Assembly: GCF_009914755.1 (NCBI RefSeq)
Contig: NC_060926.1
Length of the DNA: 64,000 bases
Source: the human T2T-CHM13v2.0 reference genome, Homo sapiens
Strand: one strand, 5' to 3'
A program made the position numbers and the translations under genes. Shown here one piece after another: positions 13,821 to 27,907 of this stretch; the stretch's first letter is position 1; each line of letters begins with the position of its first letter. The notes beneath the pieces are model-generated. The model was not told the DNA's origin. It was given only the letters and a program-made list of their open reading frames with translations, and made no database searches.

Positions 13821-16800
13821 AATGAAACAATCACAACAGAAACATTCCCTTATTCACTGAACATTTCAAACCCTGAAAATGTGTAATGAGAAATGACAAA
13901 TTTTTAAAAGTTTAATTACTAAGAAGACAAAAAATGTCTATTATGAATAGACCAATTCTCAATTGGTAGAGAACTTTGAACTGGAAAGAACCCTAAAGAA
14001 ATCTCCTGTCTACCCCTGTTATTACAGATTAGAAACCGAAGTCCAGGAAGGTTGAGCAGGCAAGTCTCCAGGCTGAGTTCCTGATGTCCAGGCTGGAGGT
14101 GTTTCTTCCCTGACCCTTCCCCTGCCTACCCTGGCCACTGAGAAGGGCTGAACAGGAGCTAAATCTGGAGGGTACAAATGTTATTTCCCTTGTTCTTTAA
14201 GATTACCACCAAAAAGGGAAAAGAAAAAAAGCCCCACAATAAACTACTCTCTGAATTTTACCCAGGACCATAGAGAAATATCCCTGAATTTCACCACTAG
14301 CACTATAATATCAAACTAGTGATCAAGTATAATCATAAAGCTTCAGTTTGCTTAGGAAATCTATGAAACGTGATTTTAGGTCTTGCGTCTATTTCAAGAT
14401 TTATAGTTTTGAGTATGAAAAGATTCAACCCTCTAAGTGGAATATGACCCTGTATTTTGAGTGTAGGCTTCCGAGTGCCAAGCACAAGGAGGCAGTCAAG
14501 TAGGGAGTCTCAGAAGGTCACTTATAAGACTTGGGTATTCAAACATCAGTCAGAGTGGAACTTCTCAGCAAAAGAGAGGCCCTGTAATAACATGCTCCCT
14601 CAGTTGACTAGACGTCCTACAAATGCAAGAAAGGTGGGAATATGGAGACCCCAGGCCAGGTCCTGCAAATGCTTTGCAGTTTCTGAGTATGATGCTCTAT
14701 AGCTTACAGCTGGAGGCACCTTTGTCTCTAAGCTTCTGCCAGCACCAGACAACTGGGTTGAAGATCTAGTGCAGTTACAGATGAGCAAGTGTGTTCCTGG
14801 AACATGTAGGTCAGCTGTGGAGTATATGACTTCAGTGACAGTTTCTTGGGCAAATCTCTATGATAGTGTAACTGTGACAGTATAAATGACCTAATTCTGT
14901 GTCACACTGAAATAACCTGCAGAACAAGGGTGGCCAGGGCCGCTGCCCCCACTGCCGTTTCTGCCCCAGAAGGATTCTCTAATTTCCTTTCATGTGACCT
15001 GTTCCCTTTTATTAGCTCTGCTTCAACAGAAGGAGCCACTCTGTGTGTCCCATATGGGCAATTCTCAGTCAGCATTTCTGAATTGTAAGCTTATTTATTT
15101 TCTGTAGAAATGCCTTTCCAGGGAACATAGAACTGTATAACTACATTATGTCATTAATCCTCAAAACATATCCAAGAAGTGGTAAAATTACCTAGAATAA
15201 AGAAGAATACATTAAAATGCAAATATGATTCTGTAAATGGATCTCTAAAAGTTGGTAGATCTTTTCAAAGGTGCTGTGATCCACCTTTATGCCTGCAAAA
15301 TCGCAGAGACTCGGGCTAACCCTTATATTCTCTAAAGGCACTAAAGATCTATCTTGTCCCAACTGGGGACAAATTTCAGCAGCAGGAATGGTCACCTTCA
15401 ACTGGAATATGCAGGCTGGGGCCCCTGTGTGCAGCCTCTGTGACCAGCCCAGTTCCTTACTTCCACACAGCTCCCTCCTAGGAAGCATCTTGCCCTCAGA
15501 CCACCTGAGCACCCACTTCCCACTGCGCTGAAAGCTGAGATGGTGGTGTTCCGAGCACAGCTGGACCTGAGTGAGCTCCCCCGTGCCCCATGAGGATTAT
15601 GCATCTGCTGTGCAGGAAATCCCAGAGAACACAGGGGTGAGCAAGGCAGGCCTGTCCACCACCTGCAGTGCTCTGTGCCAGGCAGCAGGGAGTGCAGCAA
15701 CTGGCCTCTCATGCTTTGGGGCAGGAAGGAGAAAGCCTCAAGCCACACCTATAGACCAGGAGCCTCACTGCATGGAGGGGTCACTGCACAGGTTTCAGGA
15801 ACTCTGCTCAGATAGTGGCATCTTAGAAACTCTGGGAATGGCTATATACCACCACAACTTGTTTTCCTCAGCATTTATCCAGAGAAAGGTATTTTTCTAT
15901 AACTGAGGATAGTAGTTTTATCCCTGTCTCGTAATTGTTTTCCCACTATTTCAGTTTCACTTAGATTTCGTAATTTGTTGACAGCCTTCAGCCCTGTTAG
16001 AAAGCTTGGGCAATTGATTAGCCCAGCAGACAGTTTTATGGCACTGATTCTCCCCACCACCCCCTTGACTTCCTCATTTCTGTTAACAGTGCCATATTTT
16101 CACACGTATTCAAACTCCTGGCTTACCTGTGACACCACCCTCAGTTTGCATCTGGCTCCAAATTCTCACTACAGGCACTTCCCTTCCCTTTTGGCCTCCT
16201 CCCTCCTCCATCCTGTCCTGTGAAATAGGCTCTGCCCCTCCTAGCCCATTGGCCTCACCCACCTCCCTGGGATAACACCTGTGCCTGCAGTTCAGGTTTT
16301 CCCACCTGCCTGTCCAAATCAGTAGCTTCTGTGACCTCCTGCCAGCCAGCTCCAGCATGTGCCGTCACCTCTTCTGCTTCTTTCCCAGGCTATATATAGT
16401 TGGCCTGAAGAGCTCTGCACTCCAAACCTGCTTCTTTCTGGCCTCTGTCCTTGACACTGCAACTCAAATGTGGTCTCCCATCCTCCTGTCAAACACAAGT
16501 TCACACACTTTGAAAAACATCCAAGGAGAAGCGGCATGGTCTCGAGTGAGTGTGAGCTTTGGAGCCAGGTTGACTTGTTTCCTTCCAGCTCTGTGGCTCC
16601 AGACACATCACCACTGTCAAACCCCAGTGTCCCCGGCAATGACACATTACCTGCTGCTTGGTGTTTTTGTGATGATGTGTGTTGAGCTCCTGGCACACAG
16701 GATATTCAAGCCATACCTGTTGCTCTTCCTGCCCTTTGTCACAACTGCCTGGTGGTGTAACTGTTTGTGGTAAGGCCCCCCTGAGAACAGATGGCTCCCC

Positions 16801-16847
16801 TGTGTGTCTCCCTCGGAGTCTGGCATGAAGCAAGCAAGCATCTCTGC

Positions 16848-17120
16848 CAGCGCTGTTCAATAGGAGAATAATATGAGCTGCATATTTTCTACATTTTCTA
16901 GCAGCCATGGGAAATCTATTTTAGTAATGTATTTTATTTGGCCTAATAGTTTCAAAGTATTTCAACTTCTAAGAAATATAAAAATTATTAATATTTTGTG
17001 TTCACTTCTTCGTACCAAGTCTTCATAATCTGTTTTTTACTCAACAGTGCATCTCAGTTTGGACTAGCCATATTTCAAGTAGCCACATGTGGCTGATGGC
17101 CACCGTATGGGGCAGCACAG
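16848..17120 (+). mobile_element. hAT-Charlie MITE (MER33-like)
   Basis: Begins cagcgctgttcaatag and ends tagccacatgtggctgatggccaccgtatggggcagcacag. Confidence 0.8.
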
Positions 17121-20100
17121 GTCTATACTGCATTTGGGTAGAGGTAACGTAAATGTCAAAGGTATGAGGTGTGTAACTTTAAGGCTGGCGGGAGGCCATA
17201 TTGTAGCAGGATGTAGGTGCCATAGCATCTTGGCATTACTCTCGTCCCAAGAAAAAGCCGCAGAAGTTTATAAAAACCCATTGGGCTAAGGGGAGAACTT
17301 CAAGGGCAGCTGCATAGAGAAAGAAATGAAGATGTGTGTTTGCTAGATCCTGAGTGTTTCAGCCAGAGACTGTATAGGGAATGATAATGGAGGCATGTGC
17401 TAGGAGAAGCAGGCAAGGGCCGTGATACAATCTGCAGCCCTGATATTATTATGTTTGTGCTATTAATCTAATATTTCTACCCCCATTTTTCAAGAATGTT
17501 TGCAGGGTGGTTCCAGTGAGCCCATAGATGCAGAATAGCCAGGAGCTGGGGCAGGAGGTGGGGAGGATTACATAAGGAGCAGTGTTCCCCAGAGCTTCAA
17601 CGGGAATGCACAGTCCTGTTAGCCACTGGTCATGACACTTGCTTTGTACTGGGAATGGAGTGGGGGTTGAGTGTGCACAAGACCTTAGCATCCATTATCT
17701 CCTTGATGGTTCCTCACACCCTGAGCCTGGGTAGTTTTACCTGCCTCCATCATGAACGTCTTGTGAAAGAGCACGACTAAAACCAGAGCACTCAGAGCGA
17801 GGTTCACTCAAGAAGGAAAATGCAGGGGCCTGTCCAGTGATGATGTTTGAAGCACACTGGCACCTTTATGGCTGTTGCTTTTTTGCTTTTGGCAATGTCT
17901 ACAAACACTTGGGCTCTTTTTAATATAATTAGGAAACATGGCATAAATTGAATGCTGTCTAAAAATGAGTGGTTTAAGATTGTCTTTCATATCAAAAAGA
18001 AAAACAGTTGTATAGGCTGCCATGCATATCTGCCACCAGAGAAATCGCATTTTCCAAATGTTTTGTTGTTTTTTAATATCCTTTAAGAAGTACATTTTTC
18101 AAATAGTTGCTATTATTTTAATTAATCAGTAAAATCAGCTTCTAATTTGACTATAAAATTATCAGTTTGCCATTAGAATAGCTATAAAGTTAGTTTTAAA
18201 TGTGAGCTCTTTCAAAATTGTGCAGCATAGGATTTATGTGAAATGGTATTTTAATTACTTTATTCATTCTTTGTGAGGAAAATGAACTTTCATCTCTCAT
18301 GGCAGTATTTCATTGTGATTATTGGTTACTCATAATTATATGTACTTGTTCCTGTGACAGGGAATAAGCAGCGTTTTCTACAATAATATGCATGAGACTC
18401 CCTAATATTTTCTAAATTAGTTTGTATGTTTATATTCTTAGTCCTCACAACAAATAGCTAATTGCTTTAAATTAAATAAAACCTCAAGCTTCCTCAACCA
18501 AATTCTAGTTTATTTTTAACTTTCCCTTTGAGAACCAGGAGATAATGGAGTATGGTGATAAATATTTTTGAAGCAAATTTTGCATTAGGATGTTGGAGTT
18601 AGAGGTTATCATGTTGATGGAGAAGGCTAATCCTACAGCTCTTCATTTTCTCATCAGTCTTACTACATCTGGGAGTTGGTGTATTCTCTATTCATTACTT
18701 ACTGCCCTAGCAAGATTCTTCCTGACCCATTAAATGAAGCCCTAGACAAAGTGGAGAGAACATTGTTTTAGTGAGGTCGAGCACACACAGGTGTTATTAG
18801 CCGGTCTTAAGAGAGGTGCTTTTTACTTTGAGCAAAAAAGCCAAATTAATCATTTCATATCTAAGGCTTTTAAGTTTAATTAAATCTTTTTCATCCATTA
18901 TTTATTGACTAGAGCTGGTTGTTTTGGCTTTATATAACCTTAGTTTTGGAATAGAAAGTGAGGAAGAAAAACCAGTCAAAATGGTGAGTTAAATCCATAC
19001 CGAAGGTTGCAACTCTTTGTGTTACATGGTGAAGTGCAGGATTAGAGGATAATATAACACACAATGCAGGGTGATAAAGCTGCCTTTTGGTGGGTCCCTT
19101 GAACACCACATACTTAGCAAAAATAGAACCTTTCCTTTTTTCTGATCAAGAATAACTGTAAACATTTTTTTTTGGAAGTTGCAGAAATGAAAGCCTGAAT
19201 TTCTATAGTAGGCTAGTGTTATGATCAATAAGTCATTTTAGTTGACTAAAAGATAGCATAGTCAACTTGTCTACTGAAGGGTAACATATTTTTTAACAAC
19301 TTTATATTTTATAATTTGGCAGCACTGTTCCTTTCTATTTTGCACTTTGAGGGATGGGGATTCTGGCATGTTGGTGTGACTTTTCCGATTCTGGGAGATA
19401 GAATGGCAACTGGATTCTCCTATCCCCGTAACTAAGATGGTGGTTTCAGCAACCATCTGTTTTGGTCTCAGTGTGAAAGGCAGGCAAAACTATGCTGACA
19501 AATTTTGTTAGAGATCCTCTCCCCCAGTTGCAAACTTAAAGGACACTCCTGAATACTCAGTTTTACAAAAAGGCACAAAGGGGAGGTAATAATAATAATA
19601 CTTATAAGCCAAGTCTGATAGGTAGGAAATAAAAGAGAAATCTAAAAACAAATACAGGATATAAAAATAGATCCATCACAAATATTTTTGACCACCTACT
19701 ATGTGTCCTGCATATGTGTCACACAACATATATATAAAAGGATGGATAATGATAGGGTATTTCTTCCTCATTATATAATACTTGCCTAATGAAATTAAAA
19801 TTTAATTTCAGCATATAAATGTTCATCTTTTTTTTAAAAAAAATCAACATGTAGAATTTCAAACCTATAAAAATATTTAAAAGGGAAAGTTAATTAATTT
19901 TGTACAACTTGGCTTTTTAAGGTATTATATGTAAAGCACACAATGCCTGGCACAGAGTAAAGCCACAGTAAATGGTGATGCTACCATTGTTTACATTGAT
20001 TTATGAATGTTTATGCTATGTCCAATCCCAAGTATATATACTGGCTAATACTAAGCTGTAGAATGACATACAACTCCATCAGTCATTCTGAATGCCTGGG

Positions 20101-22949
20101 AAGAAAAAGACAGAGCAGGACAAAATTCTACCACCAGCATGAAAATCAGGGAAATTCTCAAATCAGAGAAATATTCTCTTGCCAGAAGTAGGTGTTAGAA
20201 GTAGCTGGGAGTAGAGACAGAAACAACAAAAAAAAACAGGTTTTTCTGACTGCAATCAGAGAATTTCTAGGCATCAACTCCAGGATCCAATATGCTGAAA
20301 AACTACTCTTCTTCTTAGTCATGTTTTCACCTGAAGTTTGTGACACAGGTTGTTTAATTTTCTGTATATATATCCAATATTATAGTATGATAGACTTTAC
20401 TTTCCATAAACCTTGCCTTGCAGCTAACTTTACTGGAATGCATTTATTCTGTGAAGTTGAAAATATCCTATTGAAAAATGCAGCTCTCTGCCATGCATTG
20501 AGGAATTCGAAAGCTGTGACAGAAAATTTGTGCCAATGGCATTAGGAATCACATGTTATGAAACTGTCAGCAGGGGAGCTTAGGGAGTCACCCTTTTCCC
20601 ACTGATGACTTCTGGGCTGCATGCTGCCACTGTGGCTGGCTTATGCTCCTGGAGGCCCCATCAGGGCCCAGCGTGACTATGGTTGGCCTCCCTAGCAGGA
20701 AATGTTAAAGCCCATGTTAGTGACAGAGTCTGTTGTCCTCTCCTGCTATGCCTTGACCCAACTCTGTCTTCTGTTTTCACTCCCTTGCCCTGTTATTTGG
20801 TCAGGACAGACTGCCAAAAAAAGTGTTTCTCATCCTTAGCTCCTGGATCCTTTCTGTGGTCGTCAGGCTTATCAAATGTCTTTTAGATTTGAAACAGAAA
20901 CCCAATTAAGCCCAAAATTGAGCATAGATAATATGAAGCTGCTCTGAGTCAATTGGGGTGGGGATCTGGAGCCTTACGACCAATTCTTCCTCAATTCCTC
21001 ACATGGCTGCCCCTATGGGAGGCCAGCAAAACCCCCAGGATCCAGGGAGCACAGTTTAAAACCATTGCCCAAAAGCACTTTATATAGAAGCATGGCCAAT
21101 TTTCTAAGAATCCGTGGAGAAATAGCTCCAACTGTAGAATTTAAGTTCTTTTCATAAGCACCCATAATGCGTGCTGCCTTCTAACCGGGACCCTAGCTTT
21201 TGTGTACCCCAAGATAATTATATAAGCAAAGGTCTATCATGAACAGAAGAAAAGAAGAACAGAGCAAGCTTTTGGAAGTAAAGCAAGGTCTTTACTTGCC
21301 TGACTCAGAACTGTCTTAAGTCTCCCGCCCGTCCTGTGTCCTGAAGGCTGTAGTTATGGTGGAATAGGAGTAGAAAAGGGGTAAAAGTCCTTGGGGAACA
21401 AGGGAAACCAAATCAGCAAGGTCCAGAAGTCAAAGCCAAGTGAAAGAGGAGAGTTGTGGGCACAGGTGCAGAGCAGAACACAAGAGGAGGCCAGAGCACA
21501 AGCATCAGGTTCCAGTCCGACCATTCCCTCCACAGCACGTGGACAGGCCTGGGAAGGGGCAGTCCTCACGCAGTTTAGAGTCAGAAGATTGTTTCACTCT
21601 CTTCACTTCTAGCCCTTGGCTTCTACATCCCCTTCCTCCACAAAGGAAGGAGCTCCTGTCTTCCTCCCCATACCACCCTCTTTTACAGGGGGCACCCAGA
21701 GAAGGCTGAGCAGGTGGTGTCCAGGCTGGCTTCTTGGGCCGTGACAGCTGCAGCAGCAGTGCTCAGTCTTGTCTCCGGGCCACGCTCTTGATCAGTCATG
21801 TTCACAAGCCTGACACGCTCCCATGGACATGGGCAGATTTTGCCACCCCTCCCTCTGCAAGGCCACAAACGTTTTTGTGTGTTGGTAGTTGTGAAAGCAC
21901 TGTACAGACTCGAGCAACTTGCCAAGGGTATGTCAGGAGTGTAGGACTCTGGGGGGGACTTGAATGCAGAGAAAAACCAGCTGCACCATCTCTTCTCCAC
22001 CTACTTTCCTCTTACTCAGGAAGATGCACTGATGTGAAAATGACATTAGGGTAGGTATCATCTCAAATTTGCTCCAATGTCTATGAGAGCAATTATTGGA
22101 AAACCTGTGCTATGATAATAATTTTAGCTACCTCATACTTGGTGCAAAAATTAAGGCCCTCTAATATCATTAAACAGAACTCTAATAAGCTCCATTTAAG
22201 ATCTGTTATCCTGAAATCTTGATATGAATTACAATACAGGCGATTCTTAATTTATTGTTAGTTTCACCTATTTCCAAAAAGGAATGACAGTAACGTGTAT
22301 TTCTAAAGCACATGATAATAAAACTCTTAAAATTGAGATAGAAGTGTTTAAACCTTATCTAAGTAAGGTGGATGAAGCAAATATAACAAACATCCGTGCC
22401 AGGAAAGTTACGGCAAGTGCTTTATTGAAGCTTGAGCTTTCTGATAGCAAAAGTAAGAAAAGGAAGCAGATGAAGAAAAACATGCCAGTCTTTCAAGAAA
22501 AAGAAATATTTTTCCAAGTACTAAATTCTAAAAATGGTTTGTCACACAGACATTAAATGTAAAATACAATGCAATGAATAGCAGTTTTGTAAAAATCACA
22601 GATGCATTATATTCAAGACCCCTGCTTGGATTGTGCCCCTCTCCCTTTGCAGAGTAACTAATTTGCTTTGCAAAATCCACAGTCACCTTGCCTAATAGAT
22701 ACAGAGGGTGTATAATATTCACCCTCTAAAATCCAAGAGGGTGAATATTAAGAATTTGTAATATGTTGTCGGAGGCTCATACCTTCACTCAAAACTCATT
22801 AGAGGTCTATTCCCACCCTGGTTGCAAATATAGGCCATAGATTAGGTTTGGAACAGACTGACTTCATATTAATTAGAGCTAATACGTTTATTTTATTTCT
22901 AAAGCCACAGGATCTCTATTTGTTTGATTTTTTAAATCTCCTTTTTTAG

Positions 22950-23133
22950 GAGTTCTTTGGAATTTATCCTCATGTGATGCTGTAAAAATGACAATCATTC
23001 GAGATGCTCTCTCAACCTTAACAAACACTGTGATTGTTCCACATTCTGGATGGAATAACTCTTCTTTTGATGATGATCATAAAATTAAATTTCAGACTTC
23101 ACTAGTTCTGCGTAACACGACAGGTTGCCTAAG
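22950..23133 (+). CDS. PKP4: PKP4 coding exon, 184 nt [12 protein letters not shown]...RNTTGCLR (not in the ORF track)
   Basis: Acceptor ctccttttttag|GA, donor CTAAG|gtaaat; phases 1 and 2 match the neighbouring exons. Confidence 0.96.
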
Positions 23134-23729
23134 GTAAATTCTTTATTTCTTCTTTCCAGTTAATTCTGTGATTAAATATGTGTCATAGGTAAATTGATTT
23201 TAGGAGGACTTACTTTATTAACATCTATCTAAGTTTCCAGTTTTTATTTCAAAATTTAGGCCACTGGACTTTGTTATTCTGGGAGAAAAACATCGTGAGC
23301 ACAGACTTGTGGCCTTAAAGAAGTTATCTTGTAAATGACTCTTCTGTGACTTACTCAGAAAGGCCCTTTCAGTCTAAGATTACTGCCAAAATTCCAGTGT
23401 TTTCCACTTTAACAGCATTTTTCTGGTAATCGCATTCTGATTGCTAATGTGTTTGCAGCCTGCTGTTTGTTTAAATTCAAAATGTGATGGTTAAAACCAT
23501 TTTGCTTTTAAAGAGGTGTGTGATTTAAACAATCAGTTTCAAGTTGTATAAATAAGTGAAAATGAGCCCAAATACTTTTTTAGTCATTATCTTTTACAGT
23601 TAAAATCTATATATAAAGCCTCTTTCGAGTGTGCACAGTAGAGTTCATTATTTGCCCTTAACACTCATCAGCTCCATTTTGACCCTATTTCCCAGCCTTA
23701 CAGTACCCTGGGAACTGGAAGCAAGCCTT

Positions 23730-23930
23730 AGGGCAGAGTGGCACAGGGACAGAGAGAGTGGGCTCTGGTCTCAGACCACCTGGCTTCCAGGACCCGTTTG
23801 AGCCTCCGTTTCCTCATCTGTAGAATAGGGATGATAATACCACCTCAGAGCTGTGAGGGGTCAGCAGGTACTTGTGGAAGGTGCTTAGCACAGTGTCATC
23901 GCATGAGCACTCAGTGAGTGCTGTTTAACA
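23730..23930 (+). mobile_element. MIR SINE
   Basis: Core gagcctccgtttcctcatctgtagaatagggatgataatacc and gtgcttagcacagtg. Confidence 0.85.
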
Positions 23931-24249
23931 TCTAGCATCACCAAGACAGGCAGCCTGAAAGAGAGCAAAGCTTGTGTGGCTGGTCTGCAGCCTTCTAGCA
24001 TTGCGACAGGTGGCTATCGGCCCTGGTCAGGGGGCAGTGTTGGTGGGGAGGTAACAAGAGTCAGGATCCCAGAATGCAGGCCAGCTCCTCCTAATTCAGA
24101 TGCCCACATCTCAGGGTGGGTCTCATGGCCTAGCAATCATCCAGGGAGCTAGGATTACTCCTCAGCCAGCCAGCTAGGCTTCAGGGAGAGCCTGGGGCAG
24201 GACTCACTGTAGCTCCCCCAGTGGGTCAGGGATAGAAACATTTGGTGAA

Positions 24250-25320
24250 TGCCCTCTGTGTGAAACCAGTGACGAATAAAACAGACTAGATCCCTGCTCT
24301 GATGGAACCACATTCTACCAGGAAGACAGACAAACAAGGAAACAAGAAAATAACAGTAGGTGCCATAAAAACAAATAGGGTGATGTGAGGGTTATTGAAT
24401 GGTTACTTTGGTGGTCAGGGGGTCTCTCAAGGAGTTTAAATTTAAGCCTACATCTGAAATACCACAAGGAGTGACTCACTAGAGGGTGGTGTTGGGGAAG
24501 ACAGGAGTCATAGGCCAGTCAAGGAAATGGTTAAGGTAAAGGTTCTGGAGCAGAAATGAGCTTGCAGCCGTAGCCTACTGAGCAAAGGGCAGAGTGGTAC
24601 CAGATTATATAGGATTTTGTAAGTCAGATGGGGTTTGCATTTTATTCCAAGTGCCATGGGAAACCATCAGAGTGTTCTAAGCAGTGGAGTAGTGGGCCTC
24701 ATTTCTGGCTGCAGTGTGGAGGAGTGAGTACAGGCAGAAGTAGAGACAGGAACATCAGACTGTTGCAGAGATCCAGGCAAACAGTGAGAGTGGCCTAAAC
24801 CAGGTGCTGGGGTGAGGTAGGCAGATTTGGGTTATTTTGTGGAGGAAGAGCTGACAAGGCTTGCTAATAGATCGAATATTAAGAGCGAGGAAAGGGGGGA
24901 AATAAGGATACACCTAGATCTTTGGCTGGATCAGCTGCAAGCACAGAAGTGCTGTTGATGGGGGGAAGGGACAGGAATGCTTGGAAGGGTGAGCAGCTCA
25001 GAGTTTTGACAATGTCCAGTTTGAGAAGTCTAATTAGCTGTCTATGTGCCAGTGTCAAGAAAGCATTGGAGAAAAGAATCCGCAATTCTAGAGAGCAGTC
25101 AGGGCTAAAGGCAGATGTGTGCCAACCTATGGCCCTGTGTCCATAGGTTGTATTAAAGACAAGGAGCAGAAGGCACCTTGGAGAGTGCAAAGATGAAGAC
25201 AAGACAGGACCTGGGGCACTCCTGGAGGTGCCCATGGGCAGATGAGTCTGAGAAGTAGCAAGGTGAGAGAGAAGCCAGGTGGGGTCCCAGAAGCTGTGGA
25301 GAAAAGGAAAGTGCTGCGGA
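24250..25320 (-). mobile_element. L2 LINE, long fragment including an RT C-terminal remnant
   Basis: Purine-rich + strand with L2 hallmarks (gcattttattccaagtgccatgggaaacca, agagttttgacaatgtccagtttgag); the minus frame reads LKLDIVKT...AKDLGVSL. Confidence 0.8.
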
Positions 25321-26151
25321 GAGGCAGGGCAGATGAGAGCCGCCATTCCACCGCCCCCTCATCTAGTCACAGTTTTGCAAATTCTCAATTTGCATAATTT
25401 TACAGTTAGCCTAGAACCATTGTTAATGGGACATAAAATAGATCCTTATTTGGTATCAATTTATGAAGGCAAATTGATATAAAAAAATTTAGACACAAAA
25501 CCGTTTTCTGGGTGTTTTATAATTGAAAAGATCAGAAAAGTTTTAGCATAAGCAAATATCTATATTTAACTTGAAATGTTTATAATACAAGAAATTATAT
25601 GTTTCCTCTGTTCATCCAAAAAACATTTAATGACCACCTACTTACTGCACGCAAAATATTATAATAGGCCCAGGGGACTGCAAGAAGCTTCTGGCCTAAC
25701 AAGGGAGGTGAAGCATGTCTAGTAGTAGCCACCACCATGACTGACAGCAGGCCACCTTCTGGGAAGGAGGCACTTTTCTAATTGCTTTCTATGTAGCAAC
25801 TCGTTTCTTCTTCACAGCAACCCTGTGAGGTAGTTACTGTTATTTTCCCCCTTTTACATATGAAGAACCTCAGGAGAATAGGCCCCTAAAGAATTATATG
25901 AGGGAATTAGAAAGTGACACGTCATGAGAGAGATACAGTCCAAATGTGCAGGTTCCCTTCCATGTGTGGATAATGGGGAGCGGGCCATCATTGTGAGCTT
26001 CAGGATGTTACCATGCAAGCCCCCAGTGCCTCCTCCGACCTCTAAGTGGCTGCCACCTGTTGTTCGCTCTCTCAGATCCTTAAGGTTAAGTCCACGTGGC
26101 TGATGAGTGCATGGTTCATCTCAGCAGCTCCTCCTGTCTCCACCCCTTTAG

Positions 26152-26269
26152 GAACCTCAGCTCCGCGGGGGAAGAAGCTCGGAAGCAAATGCGGTCCTGC
26201 GAGGGGCTGGTAGACTCACTGTTGTATGTGATCCACACGTGTGTGAACACATCCGATTACGACAGCAAG
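26152..26269 (+). CDS. PKP4: PKP4 coding exon, 118 nt NLSSAGEEARKQMR...SDYDSK
   Basis: Acceptor cccctttag|G, donor AAG|gtcagt. Confidence 0.96.
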
Positions 26270-27715
26270 GTCAGTGCCGGCCTGGTTGCAGGAGGGCGTG
26301 GTGGCAGGTGACCATGATGCCTGGTGCCACTATTTGCATGCCATTGGTTCTTTCTGACCTGCGGATCCTGTCCTCCTCAGGAGGCCACTCTCCAGATCAA
26401 AGGGCAAGTCTCCAAAGTTACAGGGGCAAGGACGTGGCAACTTAAGAAAATATCCTGAGAACCGTGAGAACAGAGTGGCTTGGTGTGGTAAAGGCTTTCT
26501 CTCTGGTTCCCCTAGGCTCATTCTCAGGGTGGTGCCCATGCTGCTATTTCCTCCAATTCTGTATCCGCACTAGAATCAGAGCCATCAGTATTTGAGTATC
26601 TACTGACTAAAAGTTCCTGGTTGAGGCACTGTAATCCCCCCAAACTCTCTGCCCTCCTGGCTGCAGTGCAGTCCACAGTCCCCACCCCCAGCACTAACTG
26701 TTGTTGCACCTCTCTACACCCCCTCCTGCTGCTGCTGCCTGTGGTTGGTCTGTCCCCAGCATGAGCCCCTTACCCTCTCCCTCCTGTGCCCGAGTACAGG
26801 GCATTCTGCTCATCATTTGTCAGCTGTGACGACCATCCAGGATCCTCCTGGGGGCCGAGGAAAGTGGAAAGAACAGGAAAGAGGGACTGAAAGTGTCAGG
26901 ACTTCCAAAGCGGGCCAGTTACTTGGTGTCAGGATGGACTGGACTAGGAGAGGCCATTGGAAGGTGTTGGATTGTAAGGGTGAGCCTGAGAGAAAAAAGG
27001 ATGAAGAGTGCCTGGGAGAAGAGAGAGGAATGCAAGGGAACAGCCAGTTTTTGAGCCTTATTGAACCAGGAGATCTGCAGATGAAATTGAGAGGAGTAAG
27101 CAAGTTGGAAAGGGAAGCTTGCTAGATAGACAAATGCTGAACTTGGTTTTAGACACTCAAACACTCAGTTAAATGACAGTTGGCCTCCCAATCAGAGGTG
27201 TGATGCAGTCTTTTAGGGAACAAAAGACCATGTACAGAAGGCAAATGTCAGCAGGGAAAGACACCGCTGAACATGGCTCAAAAGGAGGGTGGAGTTGGGA
27301 GATTGAGAAGGAGGCAGACATGGGACTTGGGGATATAGTTGTCCCCAGGGAGGGAGTTGGGGCATCTGTTGTCACGCCAAGGATCTGCAGTAGTGAGAAG
27401 TGAGGCTCAAGCATCATGGGTGCAGTCTGCACGGCAGCAGCCCTGAAGAGAAACACTGGGCCGGAGCCTCAAGCATTTCGGTCGGCATGAAGTCAAATCC
27501 TCAGCAGGACTGAGAAGGGCTCTGCATCCTGTCATCTGGGTATTCCACAAACACTCTAGAATCATAATTCTCTCTTCAGATTGTTTCAAGTTCTCATAAA
27601 TAAAAAGTAGTTCTTTCATATTTCCCATTTATTTCCTGTCTGTAGTGTTCAGTACAGAAGTGTTTTGCTCTAATGTGCCGAGTTGTTTTTAATTATACGC
27701 CATGCTGGGTTTCAG

Positions 27716-27907
27716 ACGGTGGAGAACTGCGTGTGCACCCTGAGGAACCTGTCCTATCGGCTGGAGCTGGAGGTGCCCCAGGCCCGGTTACTGGGACTGA
27801 ACGAATTGGATGACTTACTAGGAAAAGAGTCTCCCAGCAAAGACTCTGAGCCAAGTTGCTGGGGGAAGAAGAAGAAAAAGAAAAAGAGGACTCCGCAAGA
27901 AGATCAA
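27716..27907 (+). CDS. PKP4: PKP4 coding exon, 192 nt [14 protein letters not shown]...[18 protein letters not shown]
   Basis: Acceptor gggtttcag|ACG, weak donor CAA|gttagc; ENC..LRNLSY ARM motif and polybasic insert loop. Confidence 0.95.

Noticed and set aside
15192-16908. Dense overlapping 80-138 aa ORFs on both strands
   Set aside because: GC-richer intronic or old-repeat sequence with fewer stops; no recognisable domain or phase-consistent splice sites
26060-26090. Possible 9-nt in-frame microexon (ctctctcag|ATCCTTAAG|gttaag)
   Set aside because: The donor is poor at +3, +5 and +6, and the downstream intron would be only 67 nt
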